A stretch of DNA of 64,000 bases, taken from positions 496,001-560,000 of the forward strand of contig LSRY02000017.1 in the NCBI GenBank assembly GCA_001643675.2, given 5' to 3'. Numbering within the stretch: the first letter of the stretch is position 1; each line of letters opens with the position of its first letter. The translations under genes and the position numbers were made by a program. The notes below the pieces were generated by a model. It saw only the letters and a list, made by a program, of their open reading frames with translations, did not search any database and had not been told where the DNA came from. Below, in pieces: positions 12,322 to 25,003 of the stretch. The DNA is from Monocercomonoides exilis PA203 (lineage: Eukaryota; Protista; Preaxostyla).

Positions 12322-15300
12322 TTATTGCTTTTTGGCTTTTAATTTTTCTCTTTCGGCTTTTTCTCTTTCTTCTTTCTCTTCAGGGCCTTCAATTGTTGCA
12401 AAGAAATCCACGTTCACTTCAGGAGGAATTGTTTCTTCATCCAATTGACCAAGACACTGATAATAAGGAAAAAATAAAATAAAATAAAATAAAATAAAAT
12501 TAAAAATAAATTTTAGAAAATAAAATAAATATTAAAAATAGCAACAAAATATAGATACAAATTTGATATGCAATTAATATCAAATAATAAATTAGACTAT
12601 AATAACGATCAGATTCACACCTCCCAAACAACAAAATCGTCCATGTCATAAACAAATTGTCCCTGTGCATCCTTCTTCTTCGGCGGCAATCTGTTAGACT
12701 CCTCTTCTTCATCCTCTTTATCGCTATCTCCATACCCTCCTCCTCGCTTCGCTCCGCTTCCCTGAGCAGTTGCCGGCATTTTGTGATCTTTGATCATCCT
12801 TCTTTCCTTCAGAAGCCGCTCCTTCTCCTTCTCCTCTTCCTCTTTCCTTCTGCTCTCTTTAATCCTCTGTGTCTCGTGCTCAATGAACATCTCCAGCAGC
12901 TTCCGCTCAGTCCGCGACGGCGCTGACAGCGACAGCGGCATCTCCACCACACTCATCCTCCCGGACTCATCTCCCAAGCACAGCAGCTGCGGGTCTCTCA
13001 GCCCTCCTCCAACAGACAGAGGGAGGGGCTTTGACACAAACAGAGAGACTATCCCGTGTGGAGAGAAAGTGTGCGACAGCACTGGCTCGTTTGCCCGCTC
13101 GATGATCGACCACACCTCCACATTTCCTCCACTCCTCGCCAGGATTATCACTGACGCCCTCGTCGGCGACCAGCTGCATGCAGTGATTGCATTCGGAGAA
13201 GGTGGAGATGCGACTAGTGGCACGTTGATTCCGTCCTTCCAGATGGAAAACTCCCCACCAGACACAGCCAGCGTCAGCTTGTCCACAAACGGGTTCCGCG
13301 CCACGAAGATCAGAGGAGAAGAACCGACCGTCAAAAAATCGCCAACAGCCATCAAAGACGATGAAGAAGAGGAAGATGACGAGTCATCACCTCCATTGTC
13401 CCCGCCTTCACTGCTTCCTCCTCCACTTCCTCCACCGCTGCTGCCTCCATTTCCTCCACTCCCACTGCCTCCACTTCCGCTTCCTCCTCCTCCTCCTTCG
13501 CTTCCACCGCCTCCAATCAGCCCTCCGCCAGCCCCAGCTCTGTCGAATATGTCCTTCTGCACGATCTCCCCGTGGTCTGTGCCCACGATGACCGCGTTCG
13601 CATTGATAGAAGTGAGAGAGGTGAGAGAGGCAGTTGTCATGCCGTCGAGGGAAGAGGAGGATGAGGTGAACATAGGGAACCACACTTCAGACGGGAGCGG
13701 CTGGTAGTCAGCTGTCTGGTCGAGACGCAGCAGTGAGGCAAGAGTGATGGCTGGGGTGCTGGAAGAAGAAGAGGATGAAGAGGAGGAGGAAGAAGAGGAT
13801 GATGATGATGATGATGAAGCAGAAGCAGACGCAGAAGACGAGGAAGATGCCTTTGCAGCAGCCTTCTTCTTCTCTCGCTCCGTCTTCTGCTCAAACTGAA
13901 ATGCAGTGATCGAGTCAAAAGGCAGGTAAGTAAAAGGGGGCGGTGAATCCAGCGTGAAAGACGAGAACGATGCCATAAACACACCCAGCATCTTCAACGT
14001 GGCGTAGATGTCCCACATCTTCATCTTCCCATCACGAGACACCGACAAAAACGTCGACGGCGAAATCCACTTCAGCTCCGTCACATCCCGCTGGTGGCTG
14101 CCTTCGATCTCTCTGTCTTTCACTTTCCCGTTCTCCAGCGACGACACACGTGCAGGAGCGACAAATAACATCCCTTTCGTCTCGTTCTCGTCTTCCAGCT
14201 CGGCTCTGATCGACGTGTTTAGCGGCAGCCCATCTTTTCCCACTTCTCCTTCTCCGCCCACACCCCCGCCGACGCCTCTGCCCCTGTTCCGAAACGCGAA
14301 ATCCGTGTTTCCCGCAGACAGCTGCGCAATCGCAGCAAGCAAAGCCGTTCCACCAGACCCACTGCTGCCCCCGCTCGCACCGCCAGAGGCTCCCCCCCCT
14401 CCTCCGCTTCCTCCTCCTCCTCCACTTCCCCCGTCTTTTCCCGCACCACTTGCATCGTCTTTGCCCTTCCCGTCTTTACCACCGCCACTCCCGCCGCTTC
14501 CTCCTCCTCCTCCGGAGCCTTTCTTCTCCTTCAGGCCAGAGATTTTCATCCCTCTCTCGTTCTTCAGCTGCTCAAGGGCGTTTGCCAAGTCGTATGTCAG
14601 CACACGCCCTGTGTTTGTACCGGCAATGATGATGTTGGAGCGAAGTGGGTGGAAGTGCGCGATGGTTATTTCAGAGGGAGACTCGAGTGCAATCTGAGGG
14701 GATAGGAAGAAGAAAGAAGATAAAGAAGAAGCAAAAGAATGGTACGGAAATATGATATATGTTAGGAAGAGATTGAAAAATAATACGAATATATATTATT
14801 ATTATTTAAAAAGAAAGAAAAGAATAAGAAGGGTTTAAAATGATTTATTGAAAGTATTGAAGAAGAAGAAAAGGAACATACAATTGGCGCAGGCTCAGGG
14901 GGGTTCCATATCAAAACATTGCTTTTTTGAAGCAAGTTTTCGTTCTTCAGTTTTTGCTCGAAAGAAGCAGGAGAAGAAAGAACTTCAAGAATAAGTCCGA
15001 CCCTTTCCCTGTCAGTTGTATCTGTAGTTGATAACATTGATTGTAATAAATTCATTATGTTTTTGAATTCAAATTATTTATGTTAATAAAAATAGATGAA
15101 AATATAAGTTTCGAGAATAAAATGCAAATCAACAATTACAAAGACAATTTTAGAGATAATAAATGTAGGTTAAACGTAAAAAATATAAATTAAACACACT
15201 TTTACCGATGGTAGCTGGTTGAAATTCAACATGAGATGCAACTTTGTTTTTTGTGAATTGAAAGTTTTCCAGTGTAGACAAAACCTATTGAAATTTTCCA

Positions 15301-16098
15301 CAAAATAATATTCATATCAAACACCATAAACCGCTTTTGAATATGAAAACAAACTTTTAATGATTTATCTCCACGTCCTCCAATTGCACTATCATCAGGA
15401 GGAAACTGACTGAAATCATCTGCATACACATCCAACAACGTGTTTTGAACGAGCGAAAACGAAACTCTAAAATAAGTTTTTAAAAGCGAGAAAATGTTGA
15501 TGATAACAATTAGCCTCAACGGAAAAATTCCACAAACTGAGACTCTGCATCTTTCAAAAAATTTTTCATTTCTTTTGAATAAAACATTTGGTCCTTTTCT
15601 TCTACAGACGCATCAATTTCTTTTGTTTGCACTCCAAAATTTGTGTATTCGATTCTTATTTAGTTCCGCACAATGATAAATAAATTGAAAAAAATAAAAA
15701 CAAGCATACGGATCGGGTCCGACTCCAATATCGCAACGACGTGGTATCTGAGTGTTCATTTCAAATTAATAAAGTTAGCCGAATATATCCATCGACGTTA
15801 AAATTTGTTAAAACAATTTAATAATTATTTTTGTAAAAATATATTATATTTCAAAAATTCATAACAAATAAACAGCGAAAAGAAAATTATCAAATCAATA
15901 TAACTAAATTCAAACATCACAAGAGAAGTCAATCATGAGTTTTCGTTCATCTGCCTTTGCATCAGCAAATCTAATAATTTCTGTATAACTTTCATGTGAA
16001 TCCTTATCTCCAAGAAGTGTATCCTCTCTGCGAAAATCTCTTCGACGCCGAGAGAAAAGTATTGACGCCTTCCCAGAGGACAGAATTGTTGACGTCAT
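12322..16098 (-). CDS. Axonemal dynein intermediate chain, WDR63/DNAI3 (IC140)-like WD40 protein, multi-exon
   Basis: LVQNTLLDVYADDF resembles the QQN...DD motif of dynein ICs. WD40 motifs (HQRDVTELKW, SVSRDGKMKMWD, GTDHGEI, RNPF, WSPTRASV, GDESG). Final exon ends at TAA 12322. Confidence 0.78.
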
Positions 16099-16292
16099 CT
16101 ATAAATAAATAAAGCTCTGTTAATTTTTCAACCAACAGTGATCTGCCTTATTATTTTTTTTCAAATCAGAGGAGCCCATCATATATAACAATTATTATAT
16201 GGAGAATGAAGATGTTTGCTTTTGAATTAAAAAAAATACTCATTAACATATGTGATATTGCGAAAAACATTATTCATTAAATTATATACTTT

Positions 16293-16930
16293 ATGGAGAA
16301 AGCTGAAATTGCAGAAATAATTTCTGAAATTCGAGTAGCTTTTTCTCTTTTTGACACAGATGGTGATGGAGTAATTTTGACAAAAGAATTGCGACAAAGT
16401 ATGTCTCACATTTGTGCATATTTATTATTTGAAAATTTTCATCTATACTTTTTTATTCAATCATCATCGTAGTTATTCGTGCTTTAGGAATTAATCCAAC
16501 AGAAAAAGAAATGAATGAAATGGAACATATTTGTGATCCAAAAGACGAAGGCGCTGTAACATTTCCAACAGTTTTGGAAATGCTTAAGCCGAGATTACTC
16601 TATATCAAAGAAGAAGACTTGAAACAGGAAATATTTGAAGAATTTGACAAAAATGAAGATGGATTTATAAATGTAACAGATCTATATCAAGTTTGAATTA
16701 TCTTTCTTTGAATGTCTTGCAGAGAAGCATTATTTTTATGAAGGTTATGAAAGAATTAGGAGAAGAATTAACCCAAGAAGAACTTCAATTTATGATCCAA
16801 CAAGCAGGTTTGGAAAATAACTTTTAAGCGAATTTATTATTTTCTTCTTTAATTTCATGAATTAGCTGGTGGCAAAGATGTGCAGAAAATTGATAAAAAT
16901 ATGTTCTTAAAAATGGTGAAAGATTGGTGA
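16293..16930 (+). CDS. Calmodulin/centrin-like EF-hand protein (4 exons)
   Basis: [37 protein letters not shown]...IFEEFDKNEDGFINVTDL...ELGEELTQEELQFMI. EF2 and EF4 are degenerate. Confidence 0.88.
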
Positions 16931-17307
16931 ATTAAAATTAAGAATTTGTTCTTTAATTCAAGTTCATCAAGCAGTTGTTCAGAAACAATCGGATCCGTTC
17001 TCGAAAGTTCTCTCAAAGTCGGAACCTGAATATTCATGCGACTTCAATGTTTAAAACGAACAAACAATAGCTTTTCTTTCTTGGAATGATGTTTGATCTT
17101 TTAAAAAAAAGCATTATCAGACACAAAGATGCTCAAAATCATTTTCATAATTATTATATTTTTGATATATACATGTATATTAAAAACAAAAAAAATATCA
17201 CGTTGAATCTTGATATTAGTTTCACAGAAAATTAAAATAAATGAATAAGTATATGGCAAACGCAATGACATACATTGGCATATTGCCAGAAATTAAATAA
17301 TAATGTT

Positions 17308-18597
17308 CTACAAAGGAAGAACTCGTGGTTTCTTTGCATTGAGCAGATGCTCCATAACTGCGGCTGGATCTTTAAACTTGCTTGTGATGATCATTGAAGC
17401 AATAACGTATGGCTTGTGGGATGCTTCCTTGTAAGTGTCAATACGATATCTGTCAAAGACAGATGACTGGACTTCTCCTTCTTTGCAGGAGACACCTGTG
17501 ATATCAGCAGGCAGGCAGTGCATGTAAAGGGCTTTTCCGTCTTTTGTGAGTTTCATTTTCTCTTCTGTGCATTCCCACGAAGTGAAACGAGCATTCATTG
17601 CAAGAGCACGTTTTTCCAATTCCTTTTGCTCTGGACCTTCACGGCTTGGAAGCTTGACTCTTTCTTGCATGATTTCCAATGGAGCCCATGATTTTGGATA
17701 AACAACATCAGCGTCTTTGAAGGCTTCTTCCATTGTCTTTACAATAGTCAATGACCCTCCTCCTTCAGCAGCTCCTTTCTTTCCAGCATCAATAATCGGA
17801 GGAAGAAGATCGTAGCCTTCTGGATGCGCAAGGACAACATCCATTCCAAATCTTGGAAGAAGAGCGATGATTCCTTGTGGAACAGACAATGGTTTTCCAT
17901 AGCTTGGAGAATATGCCCATGTCATTGCGATTTTCTTTCCTTTCAGATTTTCAACTCCACCAAAGTGCTTGATGAGATGAACAAGATCTGCCATTGCCTG
18001 TGTTGGATGATCTTCATCGCATTGCAAATTGACAAGGCATGGGCGTCTTGGAAGAACACCTAATTCATGACCTTCTTTCACAGCATCTGCAACGTCAACT
18101 TGATATTTATGACCTTGTCCCAACCATTTATCATCACGAATTCCAATAACTTCTGTCAAGAATGAGATCATGTTTGCTGTTTCACGAACTGTTTCACCGT
18201 GAGCAATTTGGGATTTTCCTTCATCCAAATCAGAAATGTCCAATCCAAGGAGAGTTGCTGCAAATGAGAATGAGAAACGAGTCTAACGTTGAAAACAATA
18301 AAATAAAATTTGAAATTATAAAAATTTCAAAAGTTTGCATTAAATATTTCAAACTCTTGTAGAGTTATCACGAAAGACTGAAGCTGCAATTCCACCATCG
18401 AACACTTTGCAAGAAATGTTTGCTCTGTAGAGTTCCTCAAGAATTTCAGCAACAAGAATAACGGTGCGAAGATCGTCAGGAGATTTGTCCCATGTACGAA
18501 GGAAATCTTTCTCGTACAAAGATGGGTGAAGTTTCTTCAATTCATCGATATATTTCTGAGCTGCTTCAATATTCTTAGCGGGATCTGCTGCTGCCAT
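17308..18597 (-). CDS. ygeW: YgeW-type (knotted) carbamoyltransferase, bacterial-like, one intron (18283-18354)
   Basis: The spliced product reads FRDNSTR|TRFSF...LDEGKSQIAHGETVRETANMISF...NLQCDEDHPTQ...WAYSPSYGKPLSVPQG...YPKSWAP...MHCLPADI. These are YgeW signatures, distinct from OTC and ATC. Confidence 0.92.
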
Positions 18598-18836
18598 TTC
18601 AAGCTTCAATCAATCAGAAGTGATCAAGTCCCAATTAATGCACTTCGTTCATAACCTTCAAAAGTGTGAAGAAAACTGATTTATGAAAATGAAATTATAT
18701 AACATTTGTAAAAATTATTAAAATCAATTAACTTATATTCATTTCTGCAATGAAAAAAATATTTTTTGTGAATGACACATAATTAATTATTTAGTTTTTT
18801 GTCAAAACTTACAACGTGTATTTTTATTGGAACTGA

Positions 18837-21800
18837 ATGAATAAATACGATATCCTATGCATCCAAGGAGAAGGCATAATTTTATATTATAGTGCAGTTT
18901 ATCTGATATTTCATTAATTTGTTTGCAGGAGCATATGGAGTCGTTTTACGTTGCAGAAACAAGGAAACTGGAGAGCTTGTTGCAGTGAAAAAATTTAAAG
19001 GGGATGGAGGTTAAATCATTTGAAATTATACATATTTTGTATTTATATTTTCAAATTATTGTTCTGATTAAATTAGAATCAGAAATTGATAAAAAAACTA
19101 CTCTCAGAGAAGTTAAAATTCTGAAAATGCTAAATCATATAAATATAGTTAATCTTATAGAAGCTTTCAAGAGAAGAAATAAGCTTTATTTGGTATTTGA
19201 GTTTTGCGAAAAGAATATGCTTGAAATCTTGGAAGAGAGTCCAGATGGATTGGAGCCAGAACTTGTGCGCTTTTATATTTGGCAGCTTTGCAGAGCCTTA
19301 GACTATTGTCATAAAACTGGAATAATTCATCGGGGTTTTGTTGAATTTATTTTTATTTTTAGCTCAACATTATTGACATAAATTTTTATTTTAGATATTA
19401 AGCCAGAAAATTTACTTGTATGCGCAAATGGGGAACTTAAACTTTGTGATTTTGGTTTGTTTTGCATTTTTCTATTATGTATTTTTGAAATATCAAATTT
19501 TGTTGATTAAATAGGATTTGCACGTTTCATCAGCAATCGAGGAGATTATACGGAATATGTTGCAACTCGCTGGTATCGAGCCCCTGAATTGCTTTTAAGG
19601 TTTTTAATTCATTTTTCTACCGTTCTCTCTTGCTTAAAGAATTTTATTAAACTTAATTTATCTTTTTTAAAATCAAATATTTAACTTTTTGTTTTTAAAT
19701 AAAAAAATTTTTTGAAATCCAAACTTGCCAACATTATTAAAGTACTTCAAATTATACGACAGCTGTTGATATGTGGGCAGTTGGGTGCATCATGGGTGAG
19801 CTTGTTGATGGGCAGCCGATGTTTCCGGGAGAAAGTGAACTGGACCAGTTAAATGTTATAATGAAAGTGATGGGAAATTTAACAAGAGAGCATAAAGAGG
19901 TTTGTTAACATTAACCAGATAGTGTTCTAATTTGGAAAATATCAAACAAATTTATATATATATATATTTTGAAATTGAAATACCTCAACTTATTTTTGAA
20001 ATTTTGAAATTTTTTGTTCATTAAACACAAAATTTCCATTTTCAATTTGTTGTTTTATGATTTTGATTGCACATTTTGCACATTTTTATTATTTATTTTA
20101 TTTTATTTTATTCATTTTTTTCTTTATTGCATATGCTCCCTCAATCCAGCTGTACATGAAGCACCCTTCTTTTTCCTCCCACCAGCTGATTTCTGTGACC
20201 CGCCCCGAGTCACTCGAAAAGAAGTATTTCGCAAAAGTCTCAAAAAGAGCCCTTTCCTTCATGAAAGCGCTTATTCGGATGGACCCTGCGGAAAGAATGA
20301 CTGCAGAGCAGGCACTGCAGCACCCGTTTGTGTTTTTGAATTCGTTTGGTTGTTGTGTTTCATGCTTATTTTATCTCTTTCTTTCTCTTTCTTTCTCTTT
20401 CTTTCTCTTTCTTTCTCTTTCTTTCTCTTTCTTTCTCTTTCTTTCTCTTTCTTTCTTTCTATTTTTCTGTGAAATACAGTTATTTTGAAGGAATGGAGCA
20501 GCTGCATCCGACAATAGCAGCACAAAAGGGGAAGATTATGAATCGCGAGCGATCTGCCCAGAAAGGGAAAGGAGCAAAAGAGAAAGAGAGAGAAAGAGAC
20601 AGAGACAGAGAAAGAGAAAGAGAAGGGGTTAAGACAAAGAGCAGAGATAGAGAGAAGACAAGAGACGAGGATAGAGAAAGAGAAAGAGAAAGGGAGAGAG
20701 AAAGAGAAAGAGAAAGAGAAAGAGACAGAGACAGAGACAGAGAAAGAGAGAAAGGCGATGATAAGAAGAACGGAATGAATGCAGCGCAGGCAGCTGCAGT
20801 GGCTGTGCGCGAAGCTGAACGGCAGCTCACAACAATCTCAATGGCAGCACAAACAACATCAAACATCCCTTCTTTTTCTCCTACTACTACTTCTTCTTCT
20901 TCCTCTTCCTCTTCTTCTTCTTCAATGACTTCTAGCCCTTCTGTTCTTCTGCCTTCACTGGGAATGGGTCGAAGCAATAACAACAACAATGCAAACAACC
21001 CTTCCTCCTCTTCTTCTTCTTCCTCTTCTTCTCTCTTACTCTCCTCTCATTCAACCACCCAGAGTTCTTCGTTCATCGGGATGGCGCCTCTCAATCCGAT
21101 GCCTGGCAGAGAGAAAGAAGACAGCCGAGACAGAAACGAGACCGACAGAGAAAGAGAGCGGCTGAGGAGCAGAGGAGAGGTATATTCGAGGGAAAAAGGG
21201 AGGCTGCAGGTGATTGGATCCTTCGCACAGGGCGAGGAGCAAGGGGAGTTTGGATCGACTTTGCATTCGAATAACTCTATAGGGATGGGTGCTATGCCTT
21301 CTTCACATTCTTCTTCTTCTTCTTCTTCCTCTTCCTCTTTGTCTTTGTCTTCCTCTTCCTCTTCTTCTTCATGTTTGGCACAGACATCGCAAAGGCGCCC
21401 GTTTTCGCCTCTTCCGGTGATTCCTCCGTTTGTAGACAGAAAGAAGCTGAAGGACTTGGCGAAGAAAGGAGAGAGAGAGAAGGAGAAGGAGAAGGAGAGA
21501 GAAAGGGAAAGAGAAAGAGAGAGAGAAAGGGAGAGAGAAAGAGAAAGAGAGGAAGAGCGAATTCGAATGAGAGAAGAAGAAGAGTTCACATACGACGATC
21601 CAGAAGCAGAAAAGATACTTTTAGCAGACCGAATGGAGGAGAAGAGGAGGAGAGAGAAAGAGAGAGAAAGAGAAAGAGAAACAATGATTGCTGTGGGGGG
21701 AGGAGGAGGCAGCGGAATGGGGCTGGGCGAGAAATACGGGGTGAAGAAGAAGATGAGCGAGATAAGCGGAGAAGGGAGAGAAAGAGAGAGGGAGAGGGAG

Positions 21801-22817
21801 AGGGAAAGGGAAAGAGAAAAAACTCTTCCTGTACTCACTCCAGTTGGCAGTGAGGATGACGAGTGGATCGACCAAGACGGCTTTGGCGCGAAACCTCCAC
21901 GACACAAAAACGCTTCTTCTTCTTCTTTCTCTTCTTCCTCCTCTTCTTCTGATCAGCCAACGAAGATGAGGGCACAGACAATGCAGGCTACCTCGAATGG
22001 AATGTATCAGAACACTGCTGGCTATTCAAGTGCAGATGAGTATGAGGGAAAGAGCTATGAGAGAGAAAGAGAGGAGGAGAAAGACAAAGCAGCTTATCCT
22101 TCTTCTCTTCCACCGCTGAATCAGTCTTCTTCTTCTGCTTCTTCTTCTGCGTTTCCTCAGCACCCGCCATCACGTGCTGGAAATCGAAGTTCTTCTCTTT
22201 ATCCTCTTTTATCTTCATCATCATCATCATCTACTTCTTCTTCACCCTCAACAACAACAACAACAACTGTTTCTTCTTCTGCTTCTTCTGCAATGTCATC
22301 ATCGTTTTCAAACTCCACGACAAATCTTGCCACTTCACCTTCTTCTTCTTCTTCTTCTTCTTCTTCTTCTTCTCTTTCCATTCACAACATTCACAGCACA
22401 TCCAGCAGCCCCTCTCAATCACCTCAGCCTTCATCCTCTTTTTCCTCCTCTTCCTCCTCCTCCTCTTCTCCTTCTCCTTCCTCCTCTCACTCCTCATCTC
22501 CTTCTTCTTCCTCTTCTTCTTCTTCCTCTTCTTCTCGTTCCTCTGTTGGATATGGCAGCGGAAAGGGAGATTCGCGAAAGGCACCTATTTTTTTGTCTGA
22601 TGAGCCAATTTTGGAAGAAGAAGACGAAGAGAAAAACGCAGCCATTTCACCAACAAGAGAGGGAGAAAGAAGAAGAGAAAAGAGAGAAAGAGAAGGTCAT
22701 TATGAGAAGAAGGCAAAGAAGTCGAGAAAAGAAGAAGAAGACAGAGAGAATGAAGAGAGAGAGAGAGACAAGCGAAGAGATAGAGAAAGAGATAGAGATA
22801 AGAACAGAACGAAGTGG

Positions 22818-22848
<31 letters not shown>

Positions 22849-24098
22849 AAAGAGAAGCCGAAAAGCCAGTTGCCATTTCGTTTTCTCCGTTCCAGCATTT
22901 TGTGCCGCCGGCGTCTGTCCATTTCAACATCAGGCAGAATCGAGAAGGAGAGCAGAGAAGAGGAGGAGGTGGAGGAGGAGGTGGTGGTGGAGGAAGTAAT
23001 GGAGATGAATGGAAGAGAGGGAAGAGAGGGAAAGGAGCAAAGGATAAAAGCGACAGACAAGAAAGGAGTGAATATGGAGATTTTGATGTGGAAGAGCGCA
23101 ATTTGCATTCAGAGAGAGAAAGAAGGAGAAGTGACTTGGACGATCCACAAATACGAGGAAGGGAGAAAGTGAAAGATTGGGAAAGAGAAAGAGAAAGAGA
23201 GAGGGAAAGAGAAAGAGAAAGAGAAGAGTATAAAGATAGAGACAGAGAGAGAGACAGAGAGAGAGAGAGGGTTCCTACATCTCAAGGGAGACGAGGGGGC
23301 ATTGGCCCATCAGCCTCTCCACCTATTCATTCAACAACGCCAATCACTTCAACACTCATTCCGCCTCTTCAGCATCTGGTCACCACATCACATGTGTCAC
23401 CTCCATCATCATCATCTTCTTCTTCTGCTGCTGCTGCTGCTTCTGCTTCTTCTGCATCCACTTCAATGAATCCAAACACTTCATCAACATCTTCTCCTTC
23501 TTCTTCCTCAATCTCTTCCTCTTCCACTTCCTCAGCATCCACACTGGGAAGACACCAATATTCTCTTTCACCTCCTCCTCGCCGCGGACTGTCTGTCTTT
23601 GCGTCTGACAGGTCTTCTCCCTCGCGCCACCAGCCAATTCCGTTCCCGCCCATCCATCTGAAGGACAAAGAGCGCGAAGAGCGAGAAAGAGAAAGGGAAA
23701 GGGAAAGAGAACGGAGTGAGCGAGAGAGAGAAAGAGGCAACGCAAAGAAAGGGCACAAGCCAGCTGGATATGGCGGTGTGATTGCCCACTCGCACCCGCA
23801 CCCGCACCAACACCACCGCCAGCCGCAGATGATGGCGCCTCCGCCAGCCCCCCCTTCCATCACGCCCACCCGACGGGTCGTTTCTATCTCCCTCTCTTCT
23901 GCCTCCTCCACTCCAGTTCCGCCTTCTTCGAGCTCTTCCTCCTCTCCCACGCTCCTGTCCTTTGGCGCTGCTTCTATCTCGCCGAAGAGACACACCCCGC
24001 CTCCGTTTCCGCCTCAGTCACAGCAACAAGGGCTGGGCATGGTATTCCCTCCGCTCAGTTCAGCCTCTGAAAACGAAAATCCGTTTGACTCGCTTTAG
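18837..24098 (+). CDS. CDKL-family protein kinase with a very long low-complexity C-terminal tail, multi-exon
   Basis: [78 protein letters not shown]. The last exon (20480-24098) encodes RE-dipeptide and poly-Ser blocks. Confidence 0.92.
20374..20460. repeat. (CTTTCTCTTT)n 10-mer tandem repeat in the last CDKL intron
   Basis: Seven perfect copies at 20381-20450 plus partial flanks. Confidence 0.95.
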
Positions 24099-24562
24099 AA
24101 TGGAGTGATGAAAACAATGGAATTTTCGAAGTTTTTATTTTGTTTTATTTTATTTTATTTTATTTTCTGTTTTTTGATTGTTGTTTGCAAAATTTTTCAA
24201 TTTACATGAAAATTCTGCTTTCAACAAACACTTTTTAATTATTATTTTCCACTGTCTTGCAATGGTTGTAATTGATTTAACTGATTCATTTTTTATATAA
24301 GTTGTGCTGCAGAAAAATTGAATGGAGCATAATCATTTCTTTGTGTTCACTCTTTTTGTTTGTGAAATATTTATCCTCAAAGTCGCATGTAGTCATTTCA
24401 ATTAAAATAATTTTTTATGTAGATTTAACCTTTATGAATCAAAAGTTGTATTTTATTTTGAAAAAGTATTTATTTTTATTTCTTATTTTTTGATCTGGTG
24501 TGATTGCAGAATGGATAAAAGCTATTATTTTCAATTTTTATTCAAAAAGAATATTTTAAATG

Positions 24563-24710
24563 AAAAAAATAAATAAATAAAAAAAAATAAAAAAAAAAAA
24601 AAAAAATAAAATAAAATAAAATAAAATAAAATAAAAGAGAGAGAGTGTGTGTGAGTGAGTGAGTGAGTGAGAGTGAAAAAGAGAGAAAGTAAGAAAGAAA
24701 GAACGAAAAA
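24563..24710. repeat. Compound simple repeat: A-tract/(AAAAT)n, (GA)n, (GT)n, (GAGT)n
   Basis: Read directly; intergenic, upstream of the first giant receptor gene. Confidence 0.85.
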
Positions 24711-25003
24711 AACAAACGATAAACATAATTAATTTCATAAAAATTTGAAAGCAAAAATCACTATAAATTATCATCCACTTTTTTACCACATTTATCTTAT
24801 GAATTAGCATTTATTGAAGAACTATAGTTCAGATGCAAAATTTTTTCGACAAATTGAACGAAGACGTTGGTTAATTTACACGGAGCTAATTTGATATTTC
24901 TATTAATCACTTCTCACTATTCCACACATTCGATTTATATCAAAAGAAAATAATAAGGGGTGCAGGCAATTTTGATTTTCGTTTTTTTCTTGAATCCACA
25001 TCA

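Noticed and set aside
12657-14697. Pro-rich + strand ORFs resembling formin/extensin
   Set aside because: Antisense reading of Gly codons in the dynein IC exon.
17308-18597. Annotation as ordinary ornithine carbamoyltransferase or as bacterial contamination
   Set aside because: The motifs are YgeW-specific, and the gene has a spliceosomal intron and eukaryotic neighbours.
20480-23995. Antisense and alternate-frame ORFs (SLSLSL, poly-E, poly-L)
   Set aside because: Shadows of the stop-poor RE/Ser repeats of the CDKL exon.
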